64,000 bases of DNA from the human T2T-CHM13v2.0 reference genome, Homo sapiens. The notes beneath the pieces are model-generated. The model was not told the origin of the DNA, made no database searches, and saw only the letters and a list, made by a program, of their open reading frames with translations. The stretch lies in assembly GCF_009914755.1 (NCBI RefSeq), contig NC_060934.1. One strand, 5' to 3'. Positions 51,145 to 64,000 of the stretch are shown here, piece by piece. Both the position numbers and the translations under genes were made by a program. Every line of letters starts with the position of its first letter. Positions within the stretch are counted from its first letter, which is position 1.

Positions 51145-51286
51145 TTTTTTTTTTTCTTGTTTAATAGTAGACACAGGGTCTCACTGTGTTGTCCAGGCTG
51201 GTCTGGAACTCCTGGGTTCAAGCAGTCCTCCCACCTTGGCCTCCCAAAGTGCTGGGATTACAAGCGTGAGCTACTGTGCCTAGCCA
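51145..51286 (-). mobile_element. Alu monomer/left arm
   Basis: Reverse single arm. Confidence 0.8.
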
Positions 51287-51827
51287 ACTTTTATCTGATA
51301 CAGTATTGTAGTTTCTCTTACTAATGCTTTTGTATTGTCACTACTCTTGTATCCTTATTGATTTTTTTTTTTAAATTGTGTCAAGTAATAAATTTTTTTG
51401 TTAGCCCAGGTGAACATCTGGTACAAAAATAAGGAAAATTTAAATATTTTTAACATCCATAGTGTTAAACACGCAAAATTATAAATTAAAAAAGTTTTTT
51501 CTTTTCCCCCAGCAAGTACATTGATACCCATTCTTGGATTTATCTTCCATGTCAGCAAGCTCTGGTACTTGGGATTTTAGTAATACTAGTGTCCTGGAGT
51601 GTCAGCAGAACAGGTTTAACAAGAGGTTTTTAGTAAATCTTCTATACATTCAATATATTAACATACTTTGATAACAACCTTGTTTGTGTGTGAATTGATG
51701 GACGTTTGCTTGCAACCCTTGTTATATTTTTCAGTTGATACTAGCAGGAGAATGAGTTGGTGCTAACGTGCACTTTTGCTTGCTTGATAATGTTCATCAC
51801 AGCCTTTTTTTTTTTTTTAAGTTTTCT

Positions 51828-52125
51828 TTTCTTTTTTTTTTTTGGAGATGGAGTCTCGCTCTGTCACCCAGGCTGGAGTGCAGTGGCGTGATCTCAGCTC
51901 ACTGCAACCTCCACCCCCGGGTTCAAGCAATTCTCCTGCCTCAGCCTCCCAAGTAGCTGGGACTACAGGCGCACACTGCCACGCCCAGCTAATTTTTTGT
52001 ATTTTAGTAGAGACGGGGTTTCACCATGTTGCCCAGGGTGGCCTCGAACTCCTGAGCTCTGGCAGTCCACCCGACTCGGCTTCCCAAAGCGCTGAGATTA
52101 CAGGCGGGAGGCACCGTGCCTGGCC
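51828..52125 (-). mobile_element. AluS
   Basis: Reverse Alu; AAGTTTTCT TSD. Confidence 0.9.
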
Positions 52126-53409
52126 AAGTTTTCTATTCTTAATTAGTGATCTGTTTCTGTATTGAAGGATAATTTTTTTTTTCTTCTCAGCAACCATGGC
52201 CTGAGACTGAAGAATAATTATTTACCTTACCACATTGAATCTAGCATTTCTAAAAACTCAAACAAAAAGCAGTTTAATACTAAGTCATTATTTAAAAGTT
52301 GAAGTACCCAAAATTTATAAAACTCTATAGAATTATATTATGACATGGGATCTATTCAGATTTTATTATTGCCCAACAGACCATTCTTATGTGATGAGAG
52401 TGGATGTGTTTGTTTACTTTTGCAATTTTTGGTGAGGATGTGTGCACATGCCAGAAAGAAAAAACCAAGGCAGAACCACAGTTTTCTGATTAGGAATACA
52501 ATTTTCTGAATCAACGTTCAGTATTTGCCACAAGGATGTAGGAGAATGTTAATTGTCAGTGGTCTTTACTATGTTAAATGTAACACACTATGTGTCTTTT
52601 TGCCAAGGGTGTGACCTAGCCATTAGAGGCTTATTTTAACCATCTTTGGTTGGAAAGCTTGCCAAAAATGAGTGTGATTTTATTTTTTTAATCCAACATG
52701 GTGATAAAATTTTGTTTGTTTTTTTGAGTGTGTTTTTCATAAAGGTGCATTGACTCTTCAAAATTGGTAACCATATTTTGCTCTTAAGAGTGTCATTTCT
52801 CAGTCTTAGTATTTTGGATGACCTTCCAGGGGTTCATGCCACATTTTGTGTATGCAATTACTAGAAATAGGGTCTATAGCTTTCTGAGAGTATCAAAGGA
52901 ATATATACTCCTTAAACAGATAAGAATTATTAAAGGGGGTCATTTGCCCTTGCATAATTGATCCAAACTGTTGTACTTTATTAGTTTTTGCTCATGTTTG
53001 TGAACATTTGGCTTTATACATAGAAAAATGCACAATAAATAGCTGCTACAGAATGAAAGTTATTTGTTTCTTCCAGACTGATTGTCTGTTCTGTTCTTCT
53101 CATAGCTTTCAGTGTCCCTTTCTCTAGAGCTGTCCTTTCTAAACACTTTTGCACAAATCTATCAGATTTACGTTTTGAAGGAAACAAAGTCTTTAATGAG
53201 ACTCCCTTCTAAGAACTATGTTTCGTATTTCATTTCACTTTGATTTAGGTGTTACTGCTGCAGAAAGTTTTATTTTTGTTTAAGTATAGGTTTGAGTTAA
53301 TTTAAGGTTTATTTTCTGTGAAAAACTACTTTGAAATGTTAAAAAGGCAACTTTACAAGATTTGTGTCTTGAGGGACACTCAGCTTGGTTTTCATTATTA
53401 TCCTTTTAG

Positions 53410-53503
53410 GATACAGATGAGTTTATTTTACCTACCGGAGCTAATAAAACCCGGGGCAGATTTGAGCTGGCCTTCTTTACGATTGGAGGATGTTGCATGA
53501 CAG
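53410..53503 (+). CDS. TIMM23: TIMM23 exon 3 (DTDEFILPTGANKTRGRFELAFFTIGGCCMT)
   Basis: 94 bp, ttttag| and CAG|gtgagt. Confidence 0.93.
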
Positions 53504-53732
53504 GTGAGTGTTACATACTTTTTTCTCAAGAGTGCTCAGTTCAAGTAGTTGAGGGTGCGTAAAATCAAAAGCAATTAGAATGTTGGTTTCAGGGTTTTTT
53601 TTTTAATATTTACATTTGTCTTTTTCTATTAAATAAAAATGAAAAAGAATCAGAAGTGTAGTTATGCAGATTTGAGTTTGTTTTTTTAATATAAAGCTGT
53701 CTTTATCTGGGTGAATTGTTATGATTTACCAG

Positions 53733-53817
53733 GGGCTGCGTTTGGTGCAATGAATGGTCTTCGGCTAGGATTGAAGGAAACCCAGAACATGGCCTGGTCC
53801 AAACCAAGAAATGTACA
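53733..53817 (+). CDS. TIMM23: TIMM23 exon 4 (GAAFGAMNGLRLGLKETQNMAWSKPRNVQ)
   Basis: 85 bp, taccag| and CA|gtaagt. Confidence 0.93.
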
Positions 53818-54631
53818 GTAAGTCTCTTGTAACCATCTGATGTAGTGATACTTGAATATTAAACTCTGTTGTATTGGTTTGATGAGTACAACCTTGAGAT
53901 TACAGATGGTTAGCATAGTTATGTGCTTTTTTGTCTTTGTTTTTTAATCTTAATCAAAATAAAAGCAACTAAGGAATCAGATTACTGACTCTAAGCTTTT
54001 AAAAAGGAGTGATTTTTTTAATCAGTGTCCCTCAGTCAGCTAGTGCTATGCCAGCCTGACTTCTCAGCTGCACCTGTTACATTCTCCAACCCTATGTGAC
54101 TTGCTTTTCAAATTGTTGAGTTGCTAATGGGAATTTTGGATTGTTTGGGGGCATGCAGATCCATAGGAAATGGTAATGAAGAATAAGCAGCTCATGAGAG
54201 TGATGGCTCAAGCTGCCATCATTTAACTTGAACTTCTTACTGTCTTGACTTTATGTTTCCGAAATGATGAGCCAGATACATTTTAAATAAAATTTTTAGA
54301 ATTAGAGTTAATTCCAAAAGGATAAGACACAGTTTTCTGTTAGAACTTGAAGTTACAGAGAAGGGAAAGTACAGTTAAAAGGATCGGAAAGTATGTTTTC
54401 ACCCAACTTAAGAAGTAAACATGGCCAGTCCCTCTTGATATTCCTTAAACAATATGTTTAGTTTTGCCCATTTTTATGCTTCATGTAAGTGGAATCATGA
54501 GTATGTATTCTTCGATGGCTACTGTTTTGTTTTAGGACACTTTAAACTCCATCTTCCTTTCATATTGTTCAGCCAGCAGATGGCACCAGATGTGCTAGAA
54601 TTAGACCATGGGAAACTGGAAGGCCTGTTAA

Positions 54632-54930
<299 letters not shown>

Positions 54931-55496
54931 CTGTTAAGTTTTTTATATTCCTGTTACTGTGTGGATCTCTGTCCATGCTTTACCAGCCTAGATCCTTCAA
55001 TATTTTTATTACTTGTCCCTCGCTTCAATAATATTTTTAAGTTTTTGTATTATGGGGAATTTTGAATATATAAAAGTAGACAAAATACATAGCATAGTGA
55101 ACACATGAACCATAACGCATCCTCAACAACCATCAACCATGGCCAGTTCTATCCCATTTCCTTCTCCTCTCCCATCTTATTTTGAGACAAAAACCCCAAT
55201 ATCATATTAAATACAAATTTGGAAGTAGATCTCCTAGAAAAGACAACTTGCTTCCTTTCTTAAAACAAGTTATTAAAATGCTTGTTAAAAATGAAAAAAT
55301 GATGGCTGAACTTAAAATATGTTAGTAAATATGTAACATAATTAGAAACAATATACTTCTGTTTGTAAACATTACTGATTTTTTAAAACAATCTTTTAGA
55401 AAATACAAATTTTTGTTTCTGTAGAACATTAATTGAGTCGTTTAATAATTAAACTGAATGAGTTCCTTCACTCTTTGTTACTGTATTTCCATAATT

Positions 55497-55698
55497 TCCA
55501 GCAGTAGTCAGCTGTCTGGACAGAACCATTCCTGGGATCATGTTACACTGCTGGGAGAAGAATGTCTTCTCTTCATCCAGTTGCGTCCATCACTGTTCTG
55601 GTGGTGTCTGGCACTGGTGCAAGGCAGAACTGTGCTTCCTTGAGAGTGTGCTGAGCATTCACCTTGGCTGCTTGGTTCTAGTCTAGGAGCAGACACAG
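55497..55698 (+). ncRNA. SNORA74C-1: SNORA74 (U19)-family H/ACA box snoRNA in TIMM23 intron 4 (SNORA74C-type)
   Basis: About 200 nt, resembles U19 (TCCAGC..GTCAGCT..GTTACACTG..GAGAGT..CTAGTCT). H box AGAAGA 55556-55561; ACA 55693-55695. Both guide pockets sit 14 nt from their boxes. The copy suffix is inferred from the host gene. Confidence 0.88.
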
Positions 55699-55750
55699 GG
55701 TGCTTTCCCCATGTATTCTAGTTAGATGGCTGATTCCTTCTCTTTAATTC

Positions 55751-55814
55751 TACTTTATATTCTGTACTTTGATATTCTTTACTTTATATTCTGTACTTTG
55801 ATATTCTTTACTTT
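55751..55814. repeat. 29-bp perfect tandem duplication
   Basis: TACTTTATATTCTGTACTTTGATATTCTT x2 plus a partial copy. Confidence 0.9.
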
Positions 55815-56269
55815 GATTATCTTTAACATTCTAAGCATATGTTCCCCTCCCAAAAAGAACCTTTTAGAAGCTAGCTCGCCATAGTTAACAGTGGCATTTT
55901 TTACATAGATTAGTTTCTGTAAACCTCTGTAAGATACATTCCAGGCTGTCATTCAAAGCCTTATATATATTTAATGTGTATTCATTATATTATACATTTA
56001 ATAATAAGAGTTTTCCTTATTATTATTATTAAGGACTTATATAAAAGTCCTTAAGACTTTTGCCTAAAGTTTTGAAAGTTTTAACCTAATTTTCACTTAT
56101 GTAGAGTAAAAACCATCCTTATTGAAATCGGAGATATTAAGATGTATTTTAGAATTTAAAAAACTTTGCGCCCTGGGTCTAGACATGTTAAATAGCCATT
56201 ATTGTTTTTAAAGGTTACTAGAGAAATAATGATTCTAAATACAGATTCTTTCTCTTTCTGCCCTGATAG

Positions 56270-56328
56270 GATTTTGAATATGGTGACTAGGCAAGGGGCA
56301 CTTTGGGCTAATACTCTAGGTTCTCTGG
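56270..56328 (+). CDS. TIMM23: TIMM23 exon 5 (ILNMVTRQGALWANTLGSL)
   Basis: 59 bp, gatag| and G|gtaagt. Confidence 0.93.
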
Positions 56329-57691
56329 GTAAGTAGAGATCTCATTTGATAATAAATTGTTAAAGAAAGAATGCACAAATATCATGAACAATTTGATCAA
56401 CCCATATTCTGGTCCTAGGATATGAGACAATTATGTTTAAACCCATTCCAATGCATAATGTAGATACTACTTAGGGAAAGACCATGAACTAACTTATGAA
56501 ATAATCTCAGGTGCTAATACCGTTCTGAATACCATTGCTGAATTTTTAAAATCTTTTGGACACTGCACACTCTCCTTTCCAAGCACAACACCCAATAAAA
56601 TCATGTTTAAATGAAATCCAGGTAATTTAGGTCCAAAGTAAAGAGCTTTGTATGTTAGGCAAGGTTCAAGGTCCTGTAGTGATACATGATAAATTAATCC
56701 AGCCCTCTTGCTATGTTTTCTTAATAGCCGGTTCATTAGTCTGTTTACCTGAGTAGATTTCAGGCACCTAATTGCCACAATTGGAATAGGTTCCTTGTAG
56801 ATAATGAAAACGTTTGCAGTTCTAGGCAAAAGGTAACTTAGTAGTGCTTAGTCAGAGCCTTATGCTTTCATACCATATTGTTTATGAATGATTGATCACT
56901 TACAATAGATCTCTTATGGCTTATGTCCTGACATCCAAAATTTTCCTACTGTATGAACTTAGTTGAAAATCTCAATTTAAATTGTGGCAGATTAAGGAGG
57001 GGAAGACATAGAAAACTCATTGAAAACATAGAAAAAGCGTTTGTTATGGCAGGGTAAGGTCCTGCCTTGTCACAGAATTTGGAAGCAGTACATCTTCACA
57101 CTGTAAAGCTAGTTTTCACACTTTGGATCCTAAGAGATGGCTGCTTTCATATGTTGCTGATGTCTGCATTCCTCCCACCCTCCTACAGAGTCACCCCGCT
57201 CTGTTTCTTTTAATTGCTTGTATACCTAGAGTAGTCAGCTGTCCTTGTCTGCGTAGGACTGTCAGAGAAAAGTCCAAGAAACTATGTTCCAATAATCACC
57301 CCCCGCCCACCCCGCCCCACAGTCCTGGACAAACTAGAATGGCTGGTCACCCTCTGTGTACCCATTGTGGTATGATCAAGAAGGGTGTTCTGCTCGTGAT
57401 CAGTTTCAGTTAAATAAGTTGAAGAGGAAGATGAGCTTTCATAGAAGTATAAAAATACTGCAGTAGAGGAGTTGTAAGGCTGAGCGCGGTGTATTGTTGC
57501 AAGGGGCAAGTGTAGCTATAATTTTGAGAAAGAGTTTAAAAGTTTAACATTCGTTCCAGATAGGAATCTGCAAGAGCATAGAAGGATGGCTTGGGGGAAG
57601 ATACTTTAAAATGAAATGGTGCTAGTGTTATAATACGTGAGAATCAAACCTCACTTTTTTTTTAATCTATTTTTTCTTATACTAGAAATAC

Positions 57692-57722
<31 letters not shown>

Positions 57723-57726
57723 TGTC
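57692..57726. repeat. (GT)n microsatellite
   Basis: Direct reading. Confidence 0.92.
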
Positions 57727-58117
57727 TTTAATCTGAAGTATAGCAATTATGGGTAGCATATAAATGAAAATTTTAAATATTCTTCCTGAGACTTCCTAGC
57801 GGTACTTTCTAGAAATAGCTACTATTGATGTTTCTTCTGAATTCTTCCAGGCGTTTCTCTGCATAGCCAGTCAGTCGTGTACCATGTGCACATGTCCCTG
57901 ATTTACTTATTAGTGAAAATGATTCTTCTGGTTTTTAAGTGACTGTATAGTATTCCATTATATGAAAAGTCCCTCTCTGGATCAATTCAGATGGTACAAA
58001 TGCTCTTGATGGGCATTTTATTTGTTGCCAGGTGTTTGCTATTAGAAACTGTTCTAGTGATCATTCCATGTATATCTTTGGATAAATTTTTCTAAATATA
58101 ATTGCCATACTGACTTT

Positions 58118-59582
58118 TGTGTTGAAAAAAAAAAAACAGTTTTTCCTCTGCTCTCACACTACAACAGTCAACATAGGATAGTTCTGTGACCAGTTATGTG
58201 GGAATATTTCCCCACATACCAAGTAATCTCTCTTGCAGTGGACACCAGTTGGGTGTCCACCTGTTTCACTTCTGCCTGGAGATAGCATTAGATCAGCAGG
58301 TTGAGCACTCTGTCCCACAAAACTGAGCCCCACTTTGGATACTTCTGATGCTGATAGCAAGCTCCAGGTTATTTTACCTGTGCTTCTGACCAACCAGCTT
58401 TGTCAGGGTTTCCCACAACCCACTCTTTGGGTTTGATTAATTTATTGGATTGGCTCACAGAACTCGAGGGAACACATACTTAACATTTGCGTATTTATTA
58501 TAAAGATTTTTTTTTTTTTTTTTTTTTTTTGAGACAGGGTCTTGCTCTGTCACCCATGCTAGAGTGCAGTGGAGCTCACTGCAACCTAGACTTCTGGGCT
58601 TAAGCAAGCCTCCCACCTCAGCCTTTCAAGGAGCTGGGACTACAGGCAACATGCACCACCATACCAACTAATTTTTTTTTAAATTTTTTTAGAGAAGGGG
58701 GTATCCCTATGTTGTTGCCCAGACTGGTCTCTGACTCCTGGGCTCATGTGATCTTCCCACCTCGGCCTCCCAAAGTGCTGGGATTACAGAAACTTTGTGA
58801 GCCACCACACCTGGCTGGATATTTTTAAAGGATACAAATAGCCCAGTCAAGGAATACATAAGGTGAGGCCTGGATGGGCCCTGAGTGCAGGAGCTTTCAT
58901 TTCACTGGAGTTGGGGTGCACTAGCCTCCTGACACGTGGGTGAGTTCTTTCTCACTTTCCTGCAAGTCCCATGAGTTCAGCTGTCCAGAAAGTCCTCCGA
59001 CCCCATCCACTTGGGCCTCATGTGGAAAATTGATTGGATAGGCATGACTGAAGCATGGACAACCTTATAGAACTGTGATTGGACAAAAAGGGCATGCTCT
59101 ACTACTAATAGACTGGGCACAGAAACCCAGCAAGGCCTGCCTGCCCAGATTCTCCCTTGGCCTTTCTGTGCAGCATTTCTTCTTCCTGGGTATGGGGTAC
59201 GATCTCTTCTGAAATGGGGGTCTTACAGCCTGCAATCAGACAAGGTAGGTCATAGAATTTCTTTATGGCCAGTTCCAAGACAGAAAGGTGTGGGGAAAGA
59301 TTAGAGTCCTGCTGTGGGGAGAAAAGGGAGTAGGTGAAAGGAGGGCAGGAGAAGGTCAGAGAGAGAGATTCTGTTTCTGAGGCTGCTTCTGAGGCCTGAA
59401 GTGCCCCAGTAATACAACAAAAGACCTTCACCTTTGTCCCTCTGAAGCTGTTCCAAAGCTGATTCCAGAACCAAGGACAAATACCTTAACAAGTGATTGT
59501 TTTAGTCACTTAGGAAGGGCTATGGGAGTTATGAGCTAGGAACCATGGATGAAAACCAATATATGTATATCATAATATCACA
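58118..59582 (-). mobile_element. MER21-like ERVL LTR containing an AluJ (58507-58815, - strand)
   Basis: ctctcacactacaaca..ttctgtgacca and terminal ccatggatgaaaaccaatat..cataatatcaca motifs; strand tentative. Confidence 0.72.
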
Positions 59583-59626
59583 CTTTATCACTGTTTTGTC
59601 ACTGAGCACTTCCATTTCCTCTTTAG

Positions 59627-59737
59627 CTTTGCTCTATAGTGCATTTGGTGTCATCATTGAGAAAACACGAGGTGCAGAAGATGACCTTAACACAGTAGCA
59701 GCTGGAACCATGACAGGCATGTTGTATAAATGTACAG
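59627..59737 (+). CDS. TIMM23: TIMM23 exon 6 (ALLYSAFGVIIEKTRGAEDDLNTVAAGTMTGMLYKCT); last exon lies outside the window
   Basis: 111 bp, ctttag| and CAG|gtgagt. TIMM23 versus TIMM23B is inferred from the defective PARG partner, since the discriminating last exon is not visible. Confidence 0.9.
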
Positions 59738-59874
59738 GTGAGTACTGTTGAATGGGGAGCCATCTCTTAATACACTTGAAGTGCGCTTTTTAAAATTCAT
59801 GGTTTTCAAGGAAATTACACTCTGTTGCAGTATAATCTAGTGTTCTAACTTTATGGTTATTTTGGTTTGGTTTG

Positions 59875-60410
59875 GTTTTTAATTGTGGTAAAATAAACAT
59901 AAGATTTACCCATCTTAACCATTTTTAAGTATACAGTACATTAGTATTATAGTCACATGATTATATAACCAATCTCTGGAACTTTTTCATCTTGCAAAAC
60001 TGATACTCTGTACCTATTAAGCCTCCCAATTTACCACTTCCTTAGCTCTTGATAATGTTACACTTTCTGTCTCTGAATTGGCTGCTTTAGGCACCTCATA
60101 TAAGTAGAATCATACAATATTTGTCCTTTTTTGATTGGCTTATTTTACGTAGCATAATATCCTCAAGGTTCATCCATGTTGTTGCATGTGCCAGAATTCC
60201 CTTCCTTTTTAAAGCTAAATAATATTCATTCTGTGTATGTATACCACATTTTGCATGTGCGTTCTTTTATCAAGGAATATTTGGGTTGCTTCTACCTTTT
60301 GGCTATTGTGAATAATGCTGCTACGAATATGGATGTACAAATATCTCTTCAAGGTCCTTCTTTCTTTTTTTGGATATATGTGCAGAAGTGGAATTCTTGG
60401 ATCATATGGT
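59875..60410 (-). mobile_element. L1MB-like 3' end
   Basis: aattgtggtaaaat..tttaccatcttaaccatttttaagt..ggctattgtgaataatgctgc. Confidence 0.85.
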
Positions 60411-60814
60411 TTATGGTGGTTTTTTGACATTAAGAATATAAGATTCTTTTCTGTATTTTTCATTCATTTTAGTTTAGTTTTTTTAATCTTGGACAGACTA
60501 AGCAATAGAATATTCAGAATTGTTGGTTTTGTTTTAAACAATAGTTTGACCTGTGACATCAGCATATTAAACTATCACAAGACACACACAAGGTCAAAGC
60601 CCAGGAATGGCTTCCCTGTAAGTCAATTTAGAGCATCTTATTCCTATGATCATCTTACTCTACTGGGAGATCAACGTGTTGCTGTCAAGGGTCAGATAAT
60701 TCTCTTCTGTGATAAGTTTTACTAGTTTAGAAGCATACATTCAAGTAATGCCTAATTTAGCTTTTTTATTGTGTTGATACATCTTTGGCTACTTAATTTT
60801 TATTTTTATCAAAA

Positions 60815-60950
60815 TAATCCACATACGTGATTTTTTAAGTCAAGGTTTTTATCTTAACATCTAAAAGATTTTAATGATGTTTAATCCACATACATGATTT
60901 TTTAAGTCAAGGTTTTTATCTTTTTAACATCTAAAAGATTTTAGTGATGT
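60815..60950. repeat. Tandem duplication of about 67 bp
   Basis: taatccacatac.tgattttttaagtcaaggtttttatc..aacatctaaaagatttta.tgatgt x2. Confidence 0.9.
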
Positions 60951-61006
60951 GCAACAGTGTTCTATACGTCTCACCTTAATTCCCTTTTCCCAAAGGCAAC
61001 TTTTAA

Positions 61007-61612
<606 letters not shown>

Positions 61613-62359
61613 TGCTTTAATTCATTATTTTTTATTTTCATGTTTTTAAATAATATTATTATCTTGATTTTTCTTGACTTTTCAGTCTTACATATTGTCT
61701 GTTGACTTCCAAGAGGAAAGCTGTGTTAACTCCGCTAAGAATTGTACAAAATACGCTTAAAGTAGAAAGGAGGTCACATCCTTTATATAGGTCAGCTCAT
61801 TTACCATTCTCTGAAGGTAGTAGACTGGTACTCCCTTGTTTTATAGACAAACTAAAATTCAGACAAGTTAAATTACCTCCACATGCTCACACAGCTCTGT
61901 CACGGTCTAGTGCATCAAACTCTAGTCTGAGTCCAAAGCCCGTTGTCTTTCTCACCAAACCAAATTACCTCCAGGATAGAGAAATCAGGAAAATTTCTAG
62001 AAAAGGGAAAGAAGTAATACATAACAGTTGAGCCAGACCTTAAGAATGGACTGAATTTTCTGATGTATCTGTTTGATTATACGATACATATAAGGAAGGT
62101 GTGGGAGAAAAGTCTGGGAAGATAGTTTAGGCTTATGGCATGGAAAGCTAAAGTAAGAAGCTTAAAATTACATAGAAAGGCAGCATGTCATCAAAGGTTT
62201 TTTGGACAGAGGATTAGAATTATCTCTGAGGAAGATTAAGCTAGAAGTGGTGGGTAGATAAAATAGATTGGAGGTAGAAGCCTGAAGTCAAAATGGTCCA
62301 GGAAAAGTATTAGTTGAAGAGATGGTGAGGAAAAGGTTGAAATGAAAGATGATTGGGTC

Positions 62360-62672
<313 letters not shown>

Positions 62673-62862
62673 TGATGATTGGATTACTAGAAGACTGTTT
62701 GCTGTTTGGTGGTTTCTTTCTGTTTTGTTATATTGTGGAAGCAATATATGTGACTTTGAATAGCATAGCAGCTAGCTGTCCTGGGCTCCCTCACCACTGC
62801 CCCCATCTGTCCCTTACTTATCTCTTCCAGGCAAGACTAAACTCACTAAAATGTTTCCTTTG

Positions 62863-63152
62863 TTTTTTTTTTTTGAGTTGGGGTCTTGCTCTGTCACCCA
62901 GGCTAAAGTGCAATGGTGCCATCATGGCTCACTACAGCCTTGAACTCCTGGGCTCAAGGGATCCTCTCACCTCAGCCTGCCCAGTGGTTCAGACTACAGG
63001 TGCATGCCACCACACCCAGCTAATTTTTTTCATTGTTTCTTTTTTTGTTTAGCAATGGGGTCTTGCTATGTTACCCAGGCTGGCCTCAAGCAATCCTCCC
63101 ACCTCAGCCTCCTGAGTTGCTGGATTACAGGCGTGAGCCACTGTGCCCAGCT
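62863..63152 (-). mobile_element. AluJ
   Basis: Reverse Alu. Confidence 0.88.
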
Positions 63153-63411
63153 GCCTGAATTGTTTTTGACTCCCCATAGTACTGTGTCCTTTTAGGAGAG
63201 TTTTTTTGCCACTGATTCTCAGTTGTTTGGGTGATTGCTTTTCTGTGGGTGGGAGGAATTGTCCTAGATCTCTTTGAGGGTCTTATGAAAGTTTTTGACA
63301 GTTTCTAAACCCTGCATTAACATCTCAATATGCGTAGACTCTCCTTAGGAGAATTGTGAAACTTAACTCTTTAGAAGTTTTATAAACACTTGGAGGCTTA
63401 TGAGTAAATGA

Positions 63412-63745
<334 letters not shown>

Positions 63746-64000
63746 AAGCCAGATTCTTTAAAGTGGCTCTATCTTCTCTGTAATTTGCTCCCTTGCCACT
63801 TTGATGACTCCAGATTCTACTCCTATTCCCATTGTCTTTTAACTCCCACTTCAGGGCCTTTGTTCTTGCCGTTACCATTTCCTAGAACAATCCTTCCAGA
63901 TACCTACCTCAAATGCTGCATCATCTGTCCATCTTTGTTCAGATACCACCTTTTCTTTGAGGCCTTAAACACTGTAGTACATACAGTTTTGCACATACAT

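Noticed and set aside
53700-53732. Pyrimidine-poor acceptor of TIMM23 exon 4 as a lesion
   Set aside because: AG is intact and the exon length and frame are as expected; no evidence it is mutated.

Overview
Primate (most likely human) genomic DNA, rich in Alu, L1, L2 and ERV repeats. It matches the segmentally duplicated PARG/TIMM23 head-to-head gene pair of 10q11.2; the location is recalled, not visible in the sequence. A CpG-island bidirectional promoter with 470 bp between the two ATGs separates two genes. On the + strand, TIMM23 has exons 1-6 intact, and exon 7 lies beyond the window. On the - strand, a PARG copy has exons 1-7 in the window. The PARG copy has an open frame in every exon, but about 15 missense changes versus the canonical PARG protein as I recall it, and a destroyed exon-5 splice donor (GG instead of GT). 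It is therefore most likely the paralog PARGP1, and its partner is then bona fide TIMM23 rather than TIMM23B. TIMM23 intron 4 hosts an intact-looking SNORA74/U19-family H/ACA snoRNA. PARG intron 7 holds an RPL35A processed pseudogene. PARG intron 4 has a nested stack of ERV LTRs with a MER1, plus an LTR8-like piece that looks L1-retrotransposed. Most listed ORFs are repeat-derived or antisense noise. I found no wholly new biological system; the best leads are the splice-locked PARG paralog, the snoRNA and several repair or retroposition scars. Repeat subfamily names and reference protein comparisons come from memory and need database confirmation.
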